In this document: piece by piece, positions 29,252 to 38,341 of the stretch
Position numbering within the stretch: position 1 is the first letter of the stretch
Layout: every line of letters starts with the position of its first letter
Source: an uncultured Polyangiaceae bacterium
GTDB taxonomy: Bacteria > Myxococcota_A > Polyangia > Polyangiales > Houyiibacteriaceae
Reading direction: 5' to 3'
Assembly (NCBI GenBank): GCA_964195565.1
Contig: CAXMRN010000228.1
Location: 1-61,103 of the forward strand
DNA length: 61,103 nucleotides
Position numbers and translations under genes: made by a program
The notes under the pieces: generated by a model
Database searches by the model: none
What the model was told of the DNA's origin: nothing
The model's input: the letters and a program-made list of their open reading frames with translations, nothing else

Positions 29252-29860
29252 TCAGGGCGCGGCGACCGCCGCGTCTGTTTCAGAGTCGGCGATCTGATCG
29301 AGATCCGGTGCGCCCGCGTCGCCTTTGATCTCGAAACCATCCGCGGTGCGGCCGAAGAGCGAGACGACATCGTCGCCGACCACCGAGATGGCACGGCTAT
29401 CGTCGACGCGCACGTAGCCGCCTCCGTCTACGGGTGAGCCCGTCCCGAGTGAGACCCGCACTTTGGCGCGCCCCATCTCGAACGTGACTTCGGCCTTTGG
29501 CGCGTCGAGCCCGAAGCTCACGAGGTCCTCTGGGCTCGGGCTCTGCAGAGTGCGAACCGGAATCGCAAACTCCCAGTTGCGGAGGTAGTCCTCGATGACT
29601 TCGGAATCGGCGGGCGCCTGCTTCGGCTCTTCGAGGGTCCAGGTCTCATCGAAGCCCTCGCCCTCGCGGTGGAGTGCCACCCTTTTGTCCCCCGCGGCGA
29701 TTCGCACCCCGGTGATCCGTTCGCGAATGACCGCTTCGAGCAACAAGCCGGAGCGCGAGTCGATTTCGGAGCGGCCGGGGCGGTCCCGCTCAAACAGCAG
29801 TACGTAAGCCAGCAAGATGGCGGCGACGACGAAGAGGACGATGGGCGTGCGTGCGCTCAT
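29252..29860 (-). CDS. DUF4340-like membrane-anchored protein
   Basis: N-terminal TM, FGLDAP and LG...P...GYVRV motifs; follows the GldG-like gene with an ATGA overlap. Confidence 0.75.
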   Translation of the reverse strand: MSARTPIVLFVVAAILLAYVLLFERDRPGRSEIDSRSGLLLEAVIRERITGVRIAAGDKRVALHREGEGFDETWTLEEPKQAPADSEVIEDYLRNWEFAIPVRTLQSPSPEDLVSFGLDAPKAEVTFEMGRAKVRVSLGTGSPVDGGGYVRVDDSRAISVVGDDVVSLFGRTADGFEIKGDAGAPDLDQIADSETDAAVAAP

Positions 29861-31353
29861 GAGCGCCTCGACCACCATACGCCGAAGCCGGCGATCAGCG
29901 CCGCCAGCGGCAGGAGCACCACCACCCGGAACAGCAGGTTCTGCAGATCGGCGTCGCTCATGATGACGGCACGCGCGTTGGTCTTGCGCGGCGCGATGTT
30001 GATCAATGCCTCACGCTGCGTGAGCCAACCCGATGTGGAGGAGAGGAAATCGATATTGGAGAGCTGCGGGTTCTCGAGGAGCTCGGTCGCCATCCAGTCG
30101 GTGTCGCCGATGACCAATAGGCGGCCCGGTGTCGGCCCCTCGTTCTTCACCGGCGTCAAATCATCGCCGAGAGGCGGAACGTACTCCCAGGCCACCGCAA
30201 GCGGCACGGCGCTCGGCGGTGTCGGTCCTCCGTTGGCGTCCGGGTCGATCGCGCGCGCCAGGTCGGTTTCCGCGACAGCGTTGAGGCTCGTCCGGAAGAG
30301 GACCTCGGCGTCGCTTCCTTTGGCCGCGTCAATCGAACGAGCCACGGCCAACAGGAGACCGCCCCCACGCTTCCGGATGGTGTCGACGAGGCGATGTGTT
30401 CCGAGATTGGTCACCAGAAACAGGTCGCCGGGGTTGCCAGGGAGCTGCTGGGCCGGGTCGTTCTCGATGACGAGGTTCTCCCCGACGAGGATCCCCCGTT
30501 GCTCGAGCCACGTCTCGAAGCCGGTCGGCGTCAGCGCTTCTTTCTTGAGCACCGGGTCGAACGCGAGGAGCACGTTGCCACCGGAGGTGAGGTAGCGGTC
30601 GACCACGGCGACCTCGTCTTCGGCAAATCGGCGCTGGGGGCTCACGACAAACAAGGAGTCGCAGGATTCGGGGACGTCGTCGGTGCGAATCTCGACCGGC
30701 TCGACCTCGATCTTCTCCCACTCGAGTTCGCGTACCACCGCGTCGAGGCTGCGGTCGCCGTAGGCTCCCACTTCCCACTCCCCGTGGCCCGCCGTCACGC
30801 AGACCTTCGTCGGCTCACCGGTGGTCACTTCGAGGATGGCGCCGGTCAACGCTCTCTCCGACTGCAGGTCCAGCTTGTGGCCGTCCGCGTCATCGAAGGT
30901 CTCGAAGTCCTCGACGATCAACTGATGGCGCTCCACCTTCCATTTACGGTCGCCGCTGGTCACGACGACGGGCACCTGGGAGAGCGTTACTTCGCCCGCG
31001 AGCCAGCTGTCGATGCCGAATTTGTCCGCGAGGATCTGGTAGCGCGCCTGGTCGCGATCGGGGTCCACCCACTCGACGGTGATCCTATCCGTGACCGCCT
31101 TGTACTCTTCGAGGAGCGTCTCGACGTCCGCGAAGTCCTGCTCGTCCCGCCCGAGGAAGACGTAGACTTGAACGTCTTGGTCGAGCTCCCGCAGCGCTTG
31201 GTGGCTACGGTCCGAGAGCGTGAACAGGCCGTGGCTAGTCCAGTCCCATCGCTTGTAGTGGCGAGCCGAAAGGTAGTTGACCAACACGACGACCACGAGG
31301 CCCAGTACCGCAGTGAGCAGGAGGTTCAGTCGGGTGCGAGGTTGCGCGCTCAC
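29857..31353 (-). CDS. GldG-like ABC transporter auxiliary component
   Basis: N-terminal TM, RWDWT..FTLS, GHGE, LVIGDTD and a C-terminal TM; start GTG 31353 overlaps the upstream stop. Confidence 0.85.
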   Translation of the reverse strand: MSAQPRTRLNLLLTAVLGLVVVVLVNYLSARHYKRWDWTSHGLFTLSDRSHQALRELDQDVQVYVFLGRDEQDFADVETLLEEYKAVTDRITVEWVDPDRDQARYQILADKFGIDSWLAGEVTLSQVPVVVTSGDRKWKVERHQLIVEDFETFDDADGHKLDLQSERALTGAILEVTTGEPTKVCVTAGHGEWEVGAYGDRSLDAVVRELEWEKIEVEPVEIRTDDVPESCDSLFVVSPQRRFAEDEVAVVDRYLTSGGNVLLAFDPVLKKEALTPTGFETWLEQRGILVGENLVIENDPAQQLPGNPGDLFLVTNLGTHRLVDTIRKRGGGLLLAVARSIDAAKGSDAEVLFRTSLNAVAETDLARAIDPDANGGPTPPSAVPLAVAWEYVPPLGDDLTPVKNEGPTPGRLLVIGDTDWMATELLENPQLSNIDFLSSTSGWLTQREALINIAPRKTNARAVIMSDADLQNLLFRVVVLLPLAALIAGFGVWWSRRS

Positions 31354-32093
31354 CCGTGCCTCCGTGCCTTCAAGGCGCCGATACTCAATCCGACCGCCAG
31401 GGTCGCGACCGAGACGTCGAACACCAGGTACCGTGTATCGACCACGCCCTTCGAGAAGCTCCGCATGTGGCCCCACATACTCAGGTACCCGCAAACCTCA
31501 CGCGCCAACCCATCGAGCACAAACTCGCCGATGCCAAGCGTGAACAGTACGCCAAGAGTCACGAACGAGAGCACCGCTGCGATGATCTGAGTGGGCGCGA
31601 GCACGCTCATCAAGAGGCCGACCGCCATGAAGTAGGAGCCCAGGAAGAAGATCCCGAAGTAGCTCGCTGCCGTCGCCCCCCAATCGACGCTGCCATGTTG
31701 GCTCATGATCCAGGCGTAGATGAGCGTTGGCAGCCACAACGTGCACCAGATCACGAGGGAGGCCCAGTACTTTCCGAAGATGACGGAGGCCTCGGAGATC
31801 GGCGCAGTCAATAGGGCTTCGATCGTGCCCGATTGCTTCTCTCCGGCGACGAGTCGCATGGTGAGGACCGGGACGAAAACTAGAAGTGGGATGAAGAAGA
31901 GCGCGCTCCCGCCGAAAAACCCGGCCAGCGGGGACGAGGCTCCCGAAGACACCGCGTTGCGGGAGTAGAACTCGCTGAGCACCCAGAACACGACTCCGTT
32001 CCAGACCAACCATGATGTGAGCACCACGTACGCCAACGGGGAGACGAAGAAGGACCCGAGCTCGCGCTTCAAGACGACCCACGCGCTCTTCAT
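31350..32093 (-). CDS. GldF-like ABC-2 permease
   Basis: KRELGSFFVSPLAYVV, LTMRLVAGEKQSGTIEALLTAP, SFSKGVVD; about 6 TM segments. Confidence 0.9.
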   Translation of the reverse strand: MKSAWVVLKRELGSFFVSPLAYVVLTSWLVWNGVVFWVLSEFYSRNAVSSGASSPLAGFFGGSALFFIPLLVFVPVLTMRLVAGEKQSGTIEALLTAPISEASVIFGKYWASLVIWCTLWLPTLIYAWIMSQHGSVDWGATAASYFGIFFLGSYFMAVGLLMSVLAPTQIIAAVLSFVTLGVLFTLGIGEFVLDGLAREVCGYLSMWGHMRSFSKGVVDTRYLVFDVSVATLAVGLSIGALKARRHG

Positions 32094-32803
32094 GACGCGT
32101 CTCCTGTCGCTCCGGGTTTCGTGAGCTCGGCAAACACGTCTTCGAGGCTCGTTTCGGAGTCGTTTGGCGCGAGGTCGGCGACTTTTCGGCCTTCGCGAAT
32201 GATGATCACCCGGTCACACACCGCCTCGACCTCGGAAAGAATGTGGGTCGAAAGCACGACCGTCTTCGTGCCGCTGAAGCCACGCACCAGTTCGCGGAAC
32301 TGGCGCACCTGGTTGGGATCCAGCCCCGATGTCGGTTCGTCGAGAATCAGGATCGGCGGGTCAGCGATGAGCGCTTCAGCGAGTCCCACGCGTTGACGGT
32401 AGCCCTTCGAGAGTTGCCCGACGATTCGTGTCCGTGCGTCGGCGACGCCCGCCAAGTCGAGTGAGCGGTCGACCGCCTCGGCTAGCTTGGGAACGTTCTT
32501 GAGAGCGCCGCGATGGCGGAGGTATTCCTGCACGCGCATCTCGCGGTAGAGAGGCACCCCCTCGGGCATGTACCCGAGGCGCTCGCGGGATCGAATCGAG
32601 TCGCTCACCGCATCGATGCCGTCGATCCGAATGTCGCCCGATGTGGGCGCGAGATAGCCGGTCAGCATTCGGAGCGTGGTGGTCTTGCCCGCTCCATTTG
32701 GACCGAGGAATCCAACGATCTCCCCTGGTTCAACGCGGAACGATATTTCGTTGACCGCGAGTCGCCTTCCGTACCGTCTGCTGAGCGCCTCGACTTCAAT
32801 CAC
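32090..32803 (-). CDS. GldA-like ABC ATP-binding protein
   Basis: GPNGAGKTT, LSKGYRQR, ILDEPTSGLD and STHIL. Confidence 0.95.
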   Translation of the reverse strand: MIEVEALSRRYGRRLAVNEISFRVEPGEIVGFLGPNGAGKTTTLRMLTGYLAPTSGDIRIDGIDAVSDSIRSRERLGYMPEGVPLYREMRVQEYLRHRGALKNVPKLAEAVDRSLDLAGVADARTRIVGQLSKGYRQRVGLAEALIADPPILILDEPTSGLDPNQVRQFRELVRGFSGTKTVVLSTHILSEVEAVCDRVIIIREGRKVADLAPNDSETSLEDVFAELTKPGATGDAS

Positions 32804-32922
32804 GTATTGCCCGTAAGGCGCACGGGGTACTCGATGCGATCCCCCCTTGCAACTGCAGACCTGTCCAGGTGCTGCCGGTTTCTCGCATCCGTGCCCCGTG
32901 CTTCCGTAGGATCGCCTTCAGG

Positions 32923-33909
32923 ATGACCCGGATCCCATGGACGGTTCGACTCAGTTGCTGCGCCCTCGCGCTGGTGGGCGGCGGTTCGTTTGCGGGCGCT
33001 TCGGAGGCAGGCCCCGCTCCGAGCGCGATCGCGCCAATCGGGATTCGGCCGGCCCCGGCTCCGATCATCGAGCCCGTTCACTCCGAGCCTGGGCCGGAGG
33101 TGGTCGAAGTCGTTCCGATTCCGAACCAGGATGTGGCGGGTCTGCGCTTTCCGAGTGGGCTGACGATTCAAGGCGGCACCAAGCGCCGCGCGATCCTCTT
33201 CACCTTCGACGACGGTCCTTCGCGGCGGACCACCCCGCGCCTTCTGGACATGCTGGACGACCTCGGCATCAAGGCGGTCTTCTTCGTCAAGACCGAAAGC
33301 TTCGGCAACGGCAATCCATGGGAGCGGGAACACGCGGCGATCGTTCGCGACATCGTCCGCCGCGGGCACACCGTCGGTAACCATACGGAGACCCATCGAC
33401 AGCTTCCCCTGCTTCGCAACGCCGAGATCGAAGCGGAGCTCGCGGTGAGCGAGCGGAAGATCGAGCGCGCCATCGGAAGCGAGCTGAGGCTGATCAGGCC
33501 CCCAGGCGGCGCCCTGTCCGAGCGCGTCGAGCAACTCCTTGGGGAGAACGGATACACCAGCGTGATGTGGGCGCTGTACGGTGGTGACCTCGAGGTCAGC
33601 ACGCCCGAAGATGTGGTTCGGACCTTTTTCCGGGTCCTAGACCGCCGGGAGCGAGAAGTCGGCGACCGAGGGGGCATCGTCCTCATGCACGACACCAAAC
33701 CACACAGCCTCGACGCCGTGCCCCGTTTGGTGAGCGCTCTGCAGGCGCGCAATTGCAAGCTCCTCGCCGAGGGCGAAGAGCTGTACGACATCGTCGATGA
33801 CCTGGGCTACTTCATTCCAGGGCACGAGCCCGACCAGACGCTCGACGAGCGTCAGGAAGAGCTTCGAGAGCGCACAGAGCGTGCGTGCAACACCCTCGCG
33901 CTTCGCTGA
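32923..33909 (+). CDS. Exported polysaccharide deacetylase (CE4/NodB)
   Basis: TFDDGP, GNHTETH, RPPGG and LMHD motifs; signal peptide. Confidence 0.9.
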   Translation: MTRIPWTVRLSCCALALVGGGSFAGASEAGPAPSAIAPIGIRPAPAPIIEPVHSEPGPEVVEVVPIPNQDVAGLRFPSGLTIQGGTKRRAILFTFDDGPSRRTTPRLLDMLDDLGIKAVFFVKTESFGNGNPWEREHAAIVRDIVRRGHTVGNHTETHRQLPLLRNAEIEAELAVSERKIERAIGSELRLIRPPGGALSERVEQLLGENGYTSVMWALYGGDLEVSTPEDVVRTFFRVLDRREREVGDRGGIVLMHDTKPHSLDAVPRLVSALQARNCKLLAEGEELYDIVDDLGYFIPGHEPDQTLDERQEELRERTERACNTLALR

Positions 33910-34527
33910 TCAGTCTCGCGTGGCGAGGATGCGCCACACCGGTAACCCGTCTTCGATGGCTCGCCTCTCGCGATTGGAGCGCGCGTGGAACGGGTTCGCG
34001 TCGACGTACCCACCGTCCGAAGCGAGCGTGAAGCCCGCCGTCTTGCGAAGCTGAGCTACGTACTGCTCGGCCCGATGCTCGACGTCGGTTTGAATGAAGA
34101 GCTCGCCCCCGGGCGCCATCAGGCGGCCGAGCTCCGTCAGCAGGTCCTCACCGATGACTCGCCGCTTGTCGTGCCGCTTCTTCCACCATGGGTCGGGGAA
34201 GTGGAGCGCCACCCGTTGAACCGATCGGGCTGGTTCAGCTCTTTTCAAGATTTCACGCGCATCCCCGCAGAGAATCGCGACATTTTGGAGATCGTGTTTT
34301 GGGAGCCGCTGGTTGATTTTGTAGGCGAGCTTGGTCTTGACCTCGATGCCGATGATGCGGCTCTCGGGGAAGGCGGTGGCACGCTCGAAAAGGGACAAAC
34401 CACGGCCAAAACCGATGTCTAACTCGATCGGGCCTTGCCCTGCGATGAGGTCGATGAGCGAAAAACGGCCCTCCGGGGCCCTCGGGGCCTCGTCTCGGTA
34501 GAGCCACCGTAGGTCCGAATCCGACAC
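33910..34527 (-). CDS. trmB: tRNA (guanine-N7)-methyltransferase
   Basis: LDIGFGRG, GIE, FPDPWWKKRHDKRR and QTD. Confidence 0.92.
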   Translation of the reverse strand: MSDSDLRWLYRDEAPRAPEGRFSLIDLIAGQGPIELDIGFGRGLSLFERATAFPESRIIGIEVKTKLAYKINQRLPKHDLQNVAILCGDAREILKRAEPARSVQRVALHFPDPWWKKRHDKRRVIGEDLLTELGRLMAPGGELFIQTDVEHRAEQYVAQLRKTAGFTLASDGGYVDANPFHARSNRERRAIEDGLPVWRILATRD

Positions 34528-34533
34528 CCGCGC

Positions 34534-34562
34534 TCCCTACCGGGGCCCGCCTAGGGGGTCAA
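34534..34562 (-). promoter_or_regulatory. Putative leaderless promoter of trmB, TTGACC-N17-TAGGGA-N6-GTG
   Basis: Ideal 17-nt spacer; the start codon lies at the expected +1. Confidence 0.55.
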
Positions 34563-34579
34563 ACCGGGCGTTCCGCTTC

Positions 34580-34609
34580 TTGACCGGGAAGGTGCCGATC
34601 GCGTATGTC
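34580..34609 (+). promoter_or_regulatory. Putative promoter of romR, TTGACC-N18-TATGTC
   Basis: Good -35 and weaker -10, 36 nt before the ATG at 34646. Confidence 0.45.
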
Positions 34610-34645
34610 AGCGAGCATACATCTAGGTGAACGGGGCTTGAGTCG

Positions 34646-35500
34646 ATGAGGATTCTAATCGTCGAAGACAGCGTGACCATACGCAAGGTCATGGAGATGA
34701 CTTTCGCGGGGGAAGACGCGGAGCTGCTCGCCGTCGAGAGCGGCGAGCTTGCACTTCAGCACGGGCGTGACTTCGGTCCGGACGTCGCATTCATCGATGC
34801 GTCGTTGCCCGGGATCGACGGGTACGAAGTCACCCGGGCCATCAAAGGCGACCCACAGCTAGCGGGCACCTCGGTGATCCTGATGGCCAGCCAACATCGC
34901 CCCCTCGACGAGGCGCGCGCCTCCGAGGTCGGCGCCGACGACCACATCCTAAAGCCGTTCGACACGCAGGAAGCCATCGACAAGGCCACCGGCCTCGCCG
35001 GCAAGGCGGCGAGCCTCTCGGACGCTCCCTCGATCCCCGTCGCGCGTCCCGCTGTCTCGGATGCGCGTCCCGCTGTCTCCGATGCGCGTCCCGCGACGGG
35101 CCCACCTAGGCCGATCTCGCGGCCTTCGTATCGGCCCACCCCGCCGCCGCTGCCTATCAATGGTCCCTCTTCGCGGCCGATGGCACCGACGCCTATGACC
35201 AGCACGCCACTGACTGGCGCACACGTCTCGGTTGCGCCTGCCGCCGCATCGTTCTCTTCGGAGCCAGCGGCTGCCGTGATTGCCTCCACCTCGTTGCCAG
35301 CGCAAGCCCGCGCGGTGGCCAACGAAGCGCTGTCGCATTCGGTCGTCGAACGCCTCGAGACGCTGGGGCTTACCCCCGACCAGGTTGAAGGCGTGCTGAA
35401 GCTCTCCGCCGAAGTCGTGGAGCGTGTGGTTTGGGAGGTCGTTCCCGAGCTCGCAGAGGCGATGATCAGTGAGGAATTGCACCGTCTCGTCGGCGACTGA
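34646..35500 (+). CDS. romR: RomR-like polarity response regulator
   Basis: N-terminal REC, Pro-rich linker and C-terminal VVERVVWEVVPELAEAMISEEL helix typical of RomR; directly upstream of valS as in Myxococcus. Confidence 0.85.
   Translation: MRILIVEDSVTIRKVMEMTFAGEDAELLAVESGELALQHGRDFGPDVAFIDASLPGIDGYEVTRAIKGDPQLAGTSVILMASQHRPLDEARASEVGADDHILKPFDTQEAIDKATGLAGKAASLSDAPSIPVARPAVSDARPAVSDARPATGPPRPISRPSYRPTPPPLPINGPSSRPMAPTPMTSTPLTGAHVSVAPAAASFSSEPAAAVIASTSLPAQARAVANEALSHSVVERLETLGLTPDQVEGVLKLSAEVVERVVWEVVPELAEAMISEELHRLVGD
35042..35094 (+). repeat. In-frame 21-bp tandem repeat (ARPAVSD x2.5) in the RomR linker
   Basis: GCGCGTCCCGCTGTCTC(G/C)GAT x2 plus GCGCGTCCCGC. Confidence 0.9.
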
Positions 35501-35541
35501 GGCTTGACTGCCCCGCGATTTCACCGCACACGATCGGTCGG

Positions 35542-38325
35542 ATGAGCGAACCGTCTGAGGAGATGCCCAAGCAGTACTCGCCGGCCGAGAGCGAGACCCG
35601 CTGGTATGAGTTCTGGGAGGCTTCGGGGTACTTCAACGCGTCTGAAGATCCCGAAGACCATCGGCCGACGTACACCCTGGCCATTCCCCCTCCCAACGTC
35701 ACCGGCTCGCTTCATATGGGGCACGCGTGCCGGACGACCTTCGAGGACGTCCTGTGCCGCCATAAGCGAATGCAGGGCTACAATACGCTGTGGGTGCCCG
35801 GCATCGACCATGCCGGGATTGCGACGCAGGTGGTCGTGGAGCGGCAGCTCAAGCAGGAAGGCTTGACCCGGCACGACCTCGGCCGCGAGAAGTTCATCGA
35901 GCGGGTTTGGCAATGGAAGGAAGAGTCCGGCGGGCGGATCCTTCAACAGCTCCGCAAGATGGGCGCCTCATGTGACTGGCCTCGGACCAAGTTCACGATG
36001 GACCCGGACATGGTGCGCGCGGTCCGTGAAGCGTTCGTGCGGCTCCACGAAGAAGGGCTGATCTATCGGGACACCCGGTTGGTCAACTGGGACGTCGAGT
36101 CGCAGACGGTCCTCTCGGATCTCGAGGTCGAGCAGGAGGAGAATGTCGAAGGCGCGATGTTCGACTTCGCCTACCCGCTAGCAGACGGCGACGGCGAGGT
36201 CGTGGTGTCGACCACGCGTCCCGAAACGATGCTTGGGGACACTGCGGTGGCGATTCATCCCGACGATGAACGGTACAAACACTTGCACGGCAAGTACGTC
36301 CGCCACCCGTTCGTCGACCGAATGATTCCGGTGATCCTCGACGGGGAGCTCGTAGACCCGGAGTTCGGTACCGGTGTCGTCAAGGTGACTCCTGCCCACG
36401 ACCCCAACGACTTCGCGACCGGTAAACGGCATGGCCTCGAAGAGATCAATATCTTCAATCTCGACGGCACGCTCAACGAGAACGGCGGGTCGTTTCAGGG
36501 GCTCGAGCGCTTCGAAGCGCGCAAGGCCGTCGAGATCGAGCTCGCCAACCGCGGGCTCGCGCGTGGGAGCAAGAAGCACACGATGACGCTGCCCCGCTCG
36601 CAGCGCTCGGGGACCATCGTCGAGCCAATGATCTCGACCCAGTGGTTCGTGAAGATGAAGCCGTTGGCGGCGCCGGCGATCAAGGCGGTGGAGGACGGCA
36701 CGATTCAGATCCTACCGCCGGACTGGAGCAAGACGTACTTCCACTGGCTCCGGAACATCCAAGATTGGTGCATTTCGCGTCAGCTTTGGTGGGGACACCC
36801 AATTCCGGCCTGGTACTGCGAGGACTGCGATCACGTCACGGTGTCGCGAGAAGACGCGACCGCGTGTGGGGGGTGTGGCGGCAGCTCGATTCGCCAAGAC
36901 GAGGACGTGCTCGATACTTGGTTCAGCTCCGGCCTTTGGCCGTTCTCGACACTTGGCTGGCCCGACAAGACCTTGGCGCTCGACCGTTTCTACCCGACAC
37001 AAGATATGGAGACGGGGTACGACATCCTGTTCTTCTGGGTCGCGCGAATGATCATGATGGGCCTGCACTTCATGGGCGAGGTTCCATTCACGCGCGTCCT
37101 GCTGGCCGGCCTCGTCACCGACGAGCGCGGCGAGAAGATGAGCAAGGTAAAGGGCAACGTCGTGGATCCGCTCGACGTGATCTACGGCGCCACCGGAGAA
37201 GAGCTGATCGCGAAGGCCGAGAAGGCAGGCGCCAAGAAGTCGGGGGTCAAGTACCTGCGGGCCACCTACCCGGACGGGTTCGCGGCGTACGGCGCCGACG
37301 CGCTGCGGATGACGCTCTTGAGCTATTCCCCGCAGTCGCGGCGCATCGCACTCTCGATGAAGCGTATCGAAGGCTACCGCAACTTCGCCAACAAACTCTG
37401 GAATGCGTCGCGCTATGCGCTGATGCGTTTGAGCGACTCCTCGACGAAGGCTTCGCAGGATTGTCCGCAGCCGAACGCCCTTGCGAACCGATGGGTGCTT
37501 TCGCGCCTCTACCACGCGCTCGACGTCGCCTCGACCGGCCTCGACGCGTACCGCCTCGATGAGGCGTCGGGCGCGCTCTATCACTTCGTCTGGGATGAGT
37601 TCTGCGACTGGTTCCTCGAAGTCAGCAAGCCGGCGCTCGATAGCGGCGACGCGGCTCTCGTGCAGGAGACCGAAGCGATTCTGGTGCATACGCTCGAGAC
37701 GGTGCTGCGCGCGCTCCACCCGATGATGCCTCACATCACTGAGGAGATTTGGCAGCGCGTACCCAAATGGGACGCCGCCGAGGCGAGCATCATGATCAGC
37801 CGGTTCCCATCGGCGCTGGTCGATGCGAAGATAGACCGCGATGCTGAGCGTGACTTCGCAGTGGTGCAGGCGTTCGTCGGAAGCGTGCGAACGATCCGAG
37901 CCGAGCACGACGTGTCGAAGAGTCATCCGATGAGAATTCATTGGCACACCGACGACGGGGACAAACGCGCGGTCCTCGAGGCCGAGCGGTCGACGATCGA
38001 ACGGCTGGGGCGTTGCGAGCTCTGCTACGAGTCAGACGCTGCCAAGTTGGACAATCCGGCCGAGCACTTCGAGAACTCCGCGGTGTTCATGATCCCGGGA
38101 ATTCGAGCGGCCGTGCCAAACGTCATCGATACCGAAAAGGAGCGCGACCGCCTACAGCGTGACCTGAAGAAGGTCGAAAAGGAACTCGGTGTCCTGGAGA
38201 CGAAGCTCGCCAATCCGAGCTTCGTCGAGCGTGCACCGGCGACGGTGGTCGAGAAGGCGAGGCGCGATGCCTCCGAGCTCGGCGAGAAGCGCGAGCGACT
38301 GGGCGCCGCACTAGCTAGCCTTTGA
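35542..38325 (+). CDS. valS: Valine--tRNA ligase
   Basis: PPPNVTGSLHMGHA, DWCISRQLWWGH, DVLDTWFSS, KMSKVKGN and a C-terminal coiled coil. Confidence 0.98.
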   Translation: MSEPSEEMPKQYSPAESETRWYEFWEASGYFNASEDPEDHRPTYTLAIPPPNVTGSLHMGHACRTTFEDVLCRHKRMQGYNTLWVPGIDHAGIATQVVVERQLKQEGLTRHDLGREKFIERVWQWKEESGGRILQQLRKMGASCDWPRTKFTMDPDMVRAVREAFVRLHEEGLIYRDTRLVNWDVESQTVLSDLEVEQEENVEGAMFDFAYPLADGDGEVVVSTTRPETMLGDTAVAIHPDDERYKHLHGKYVRHPFVDRMIPVILDGELVDPEFGTGVVKVTPAHDPNDFATGKRHGLEEINIFNLDGTLNENGGSFQGLERFEARKAVEIELANRGLARGSKKHTMTLPRSQRSGTIVEPMISTQWFVKMKPLAAPAIKAVEDGTIQILPPDWSKTYFHWLRNIQDWCISRQLWWGHPIPAWYCEDCDHVTVSREDATACGGCGGSSIRQDEDVLDTWFSSGLWPFSTLGWPDKTLALDRFYPTQDMETGYDILFFWVARMIMMGLHFMGEVPFTRVLLAGLVTDERGEKMSKVKGNVVDPLDVIYGATGEELIAKAEKAGAKKSGVKYLRATYPDGFAAYGADALRMTLLSYSPQSRRIALSMKRIEGYRNFANKLWNASRYALMRLSDSSTKASQDCPQPNALANRWVLSRLYHALDVASTGLDAYRLDEASGALYHFVWDEFCDWFLEVSKPALDSGDAALVQETEAILVHTLETVLRALHPMMPHITEEIWQRVPKWDAAEASIMISRFPSALVDAKIDRDAERDFAVVQAFVGSVRTIRAEHDVSKSHPMRIHWHTDDGDKRAVLEAERSTIERLGRCELCYESDAAKLDNPAEHFENSAVFMIPGIRAAVPNVIDTEKERDRLQRDLKKVEKELGVLETKLANPSFVERAPATVVEKARRDASELGEKRERLGAALASL

Positions 38326-38341
38326 GAAGAGGACCTTGAGC

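Noticed and set aside
29252-32803. GldA/F/G-like ABC system as part of gliding motility
   Set aside because: The name comes from Flavobacterium and the family is widespread; nothing here links it to the Glt machinery.
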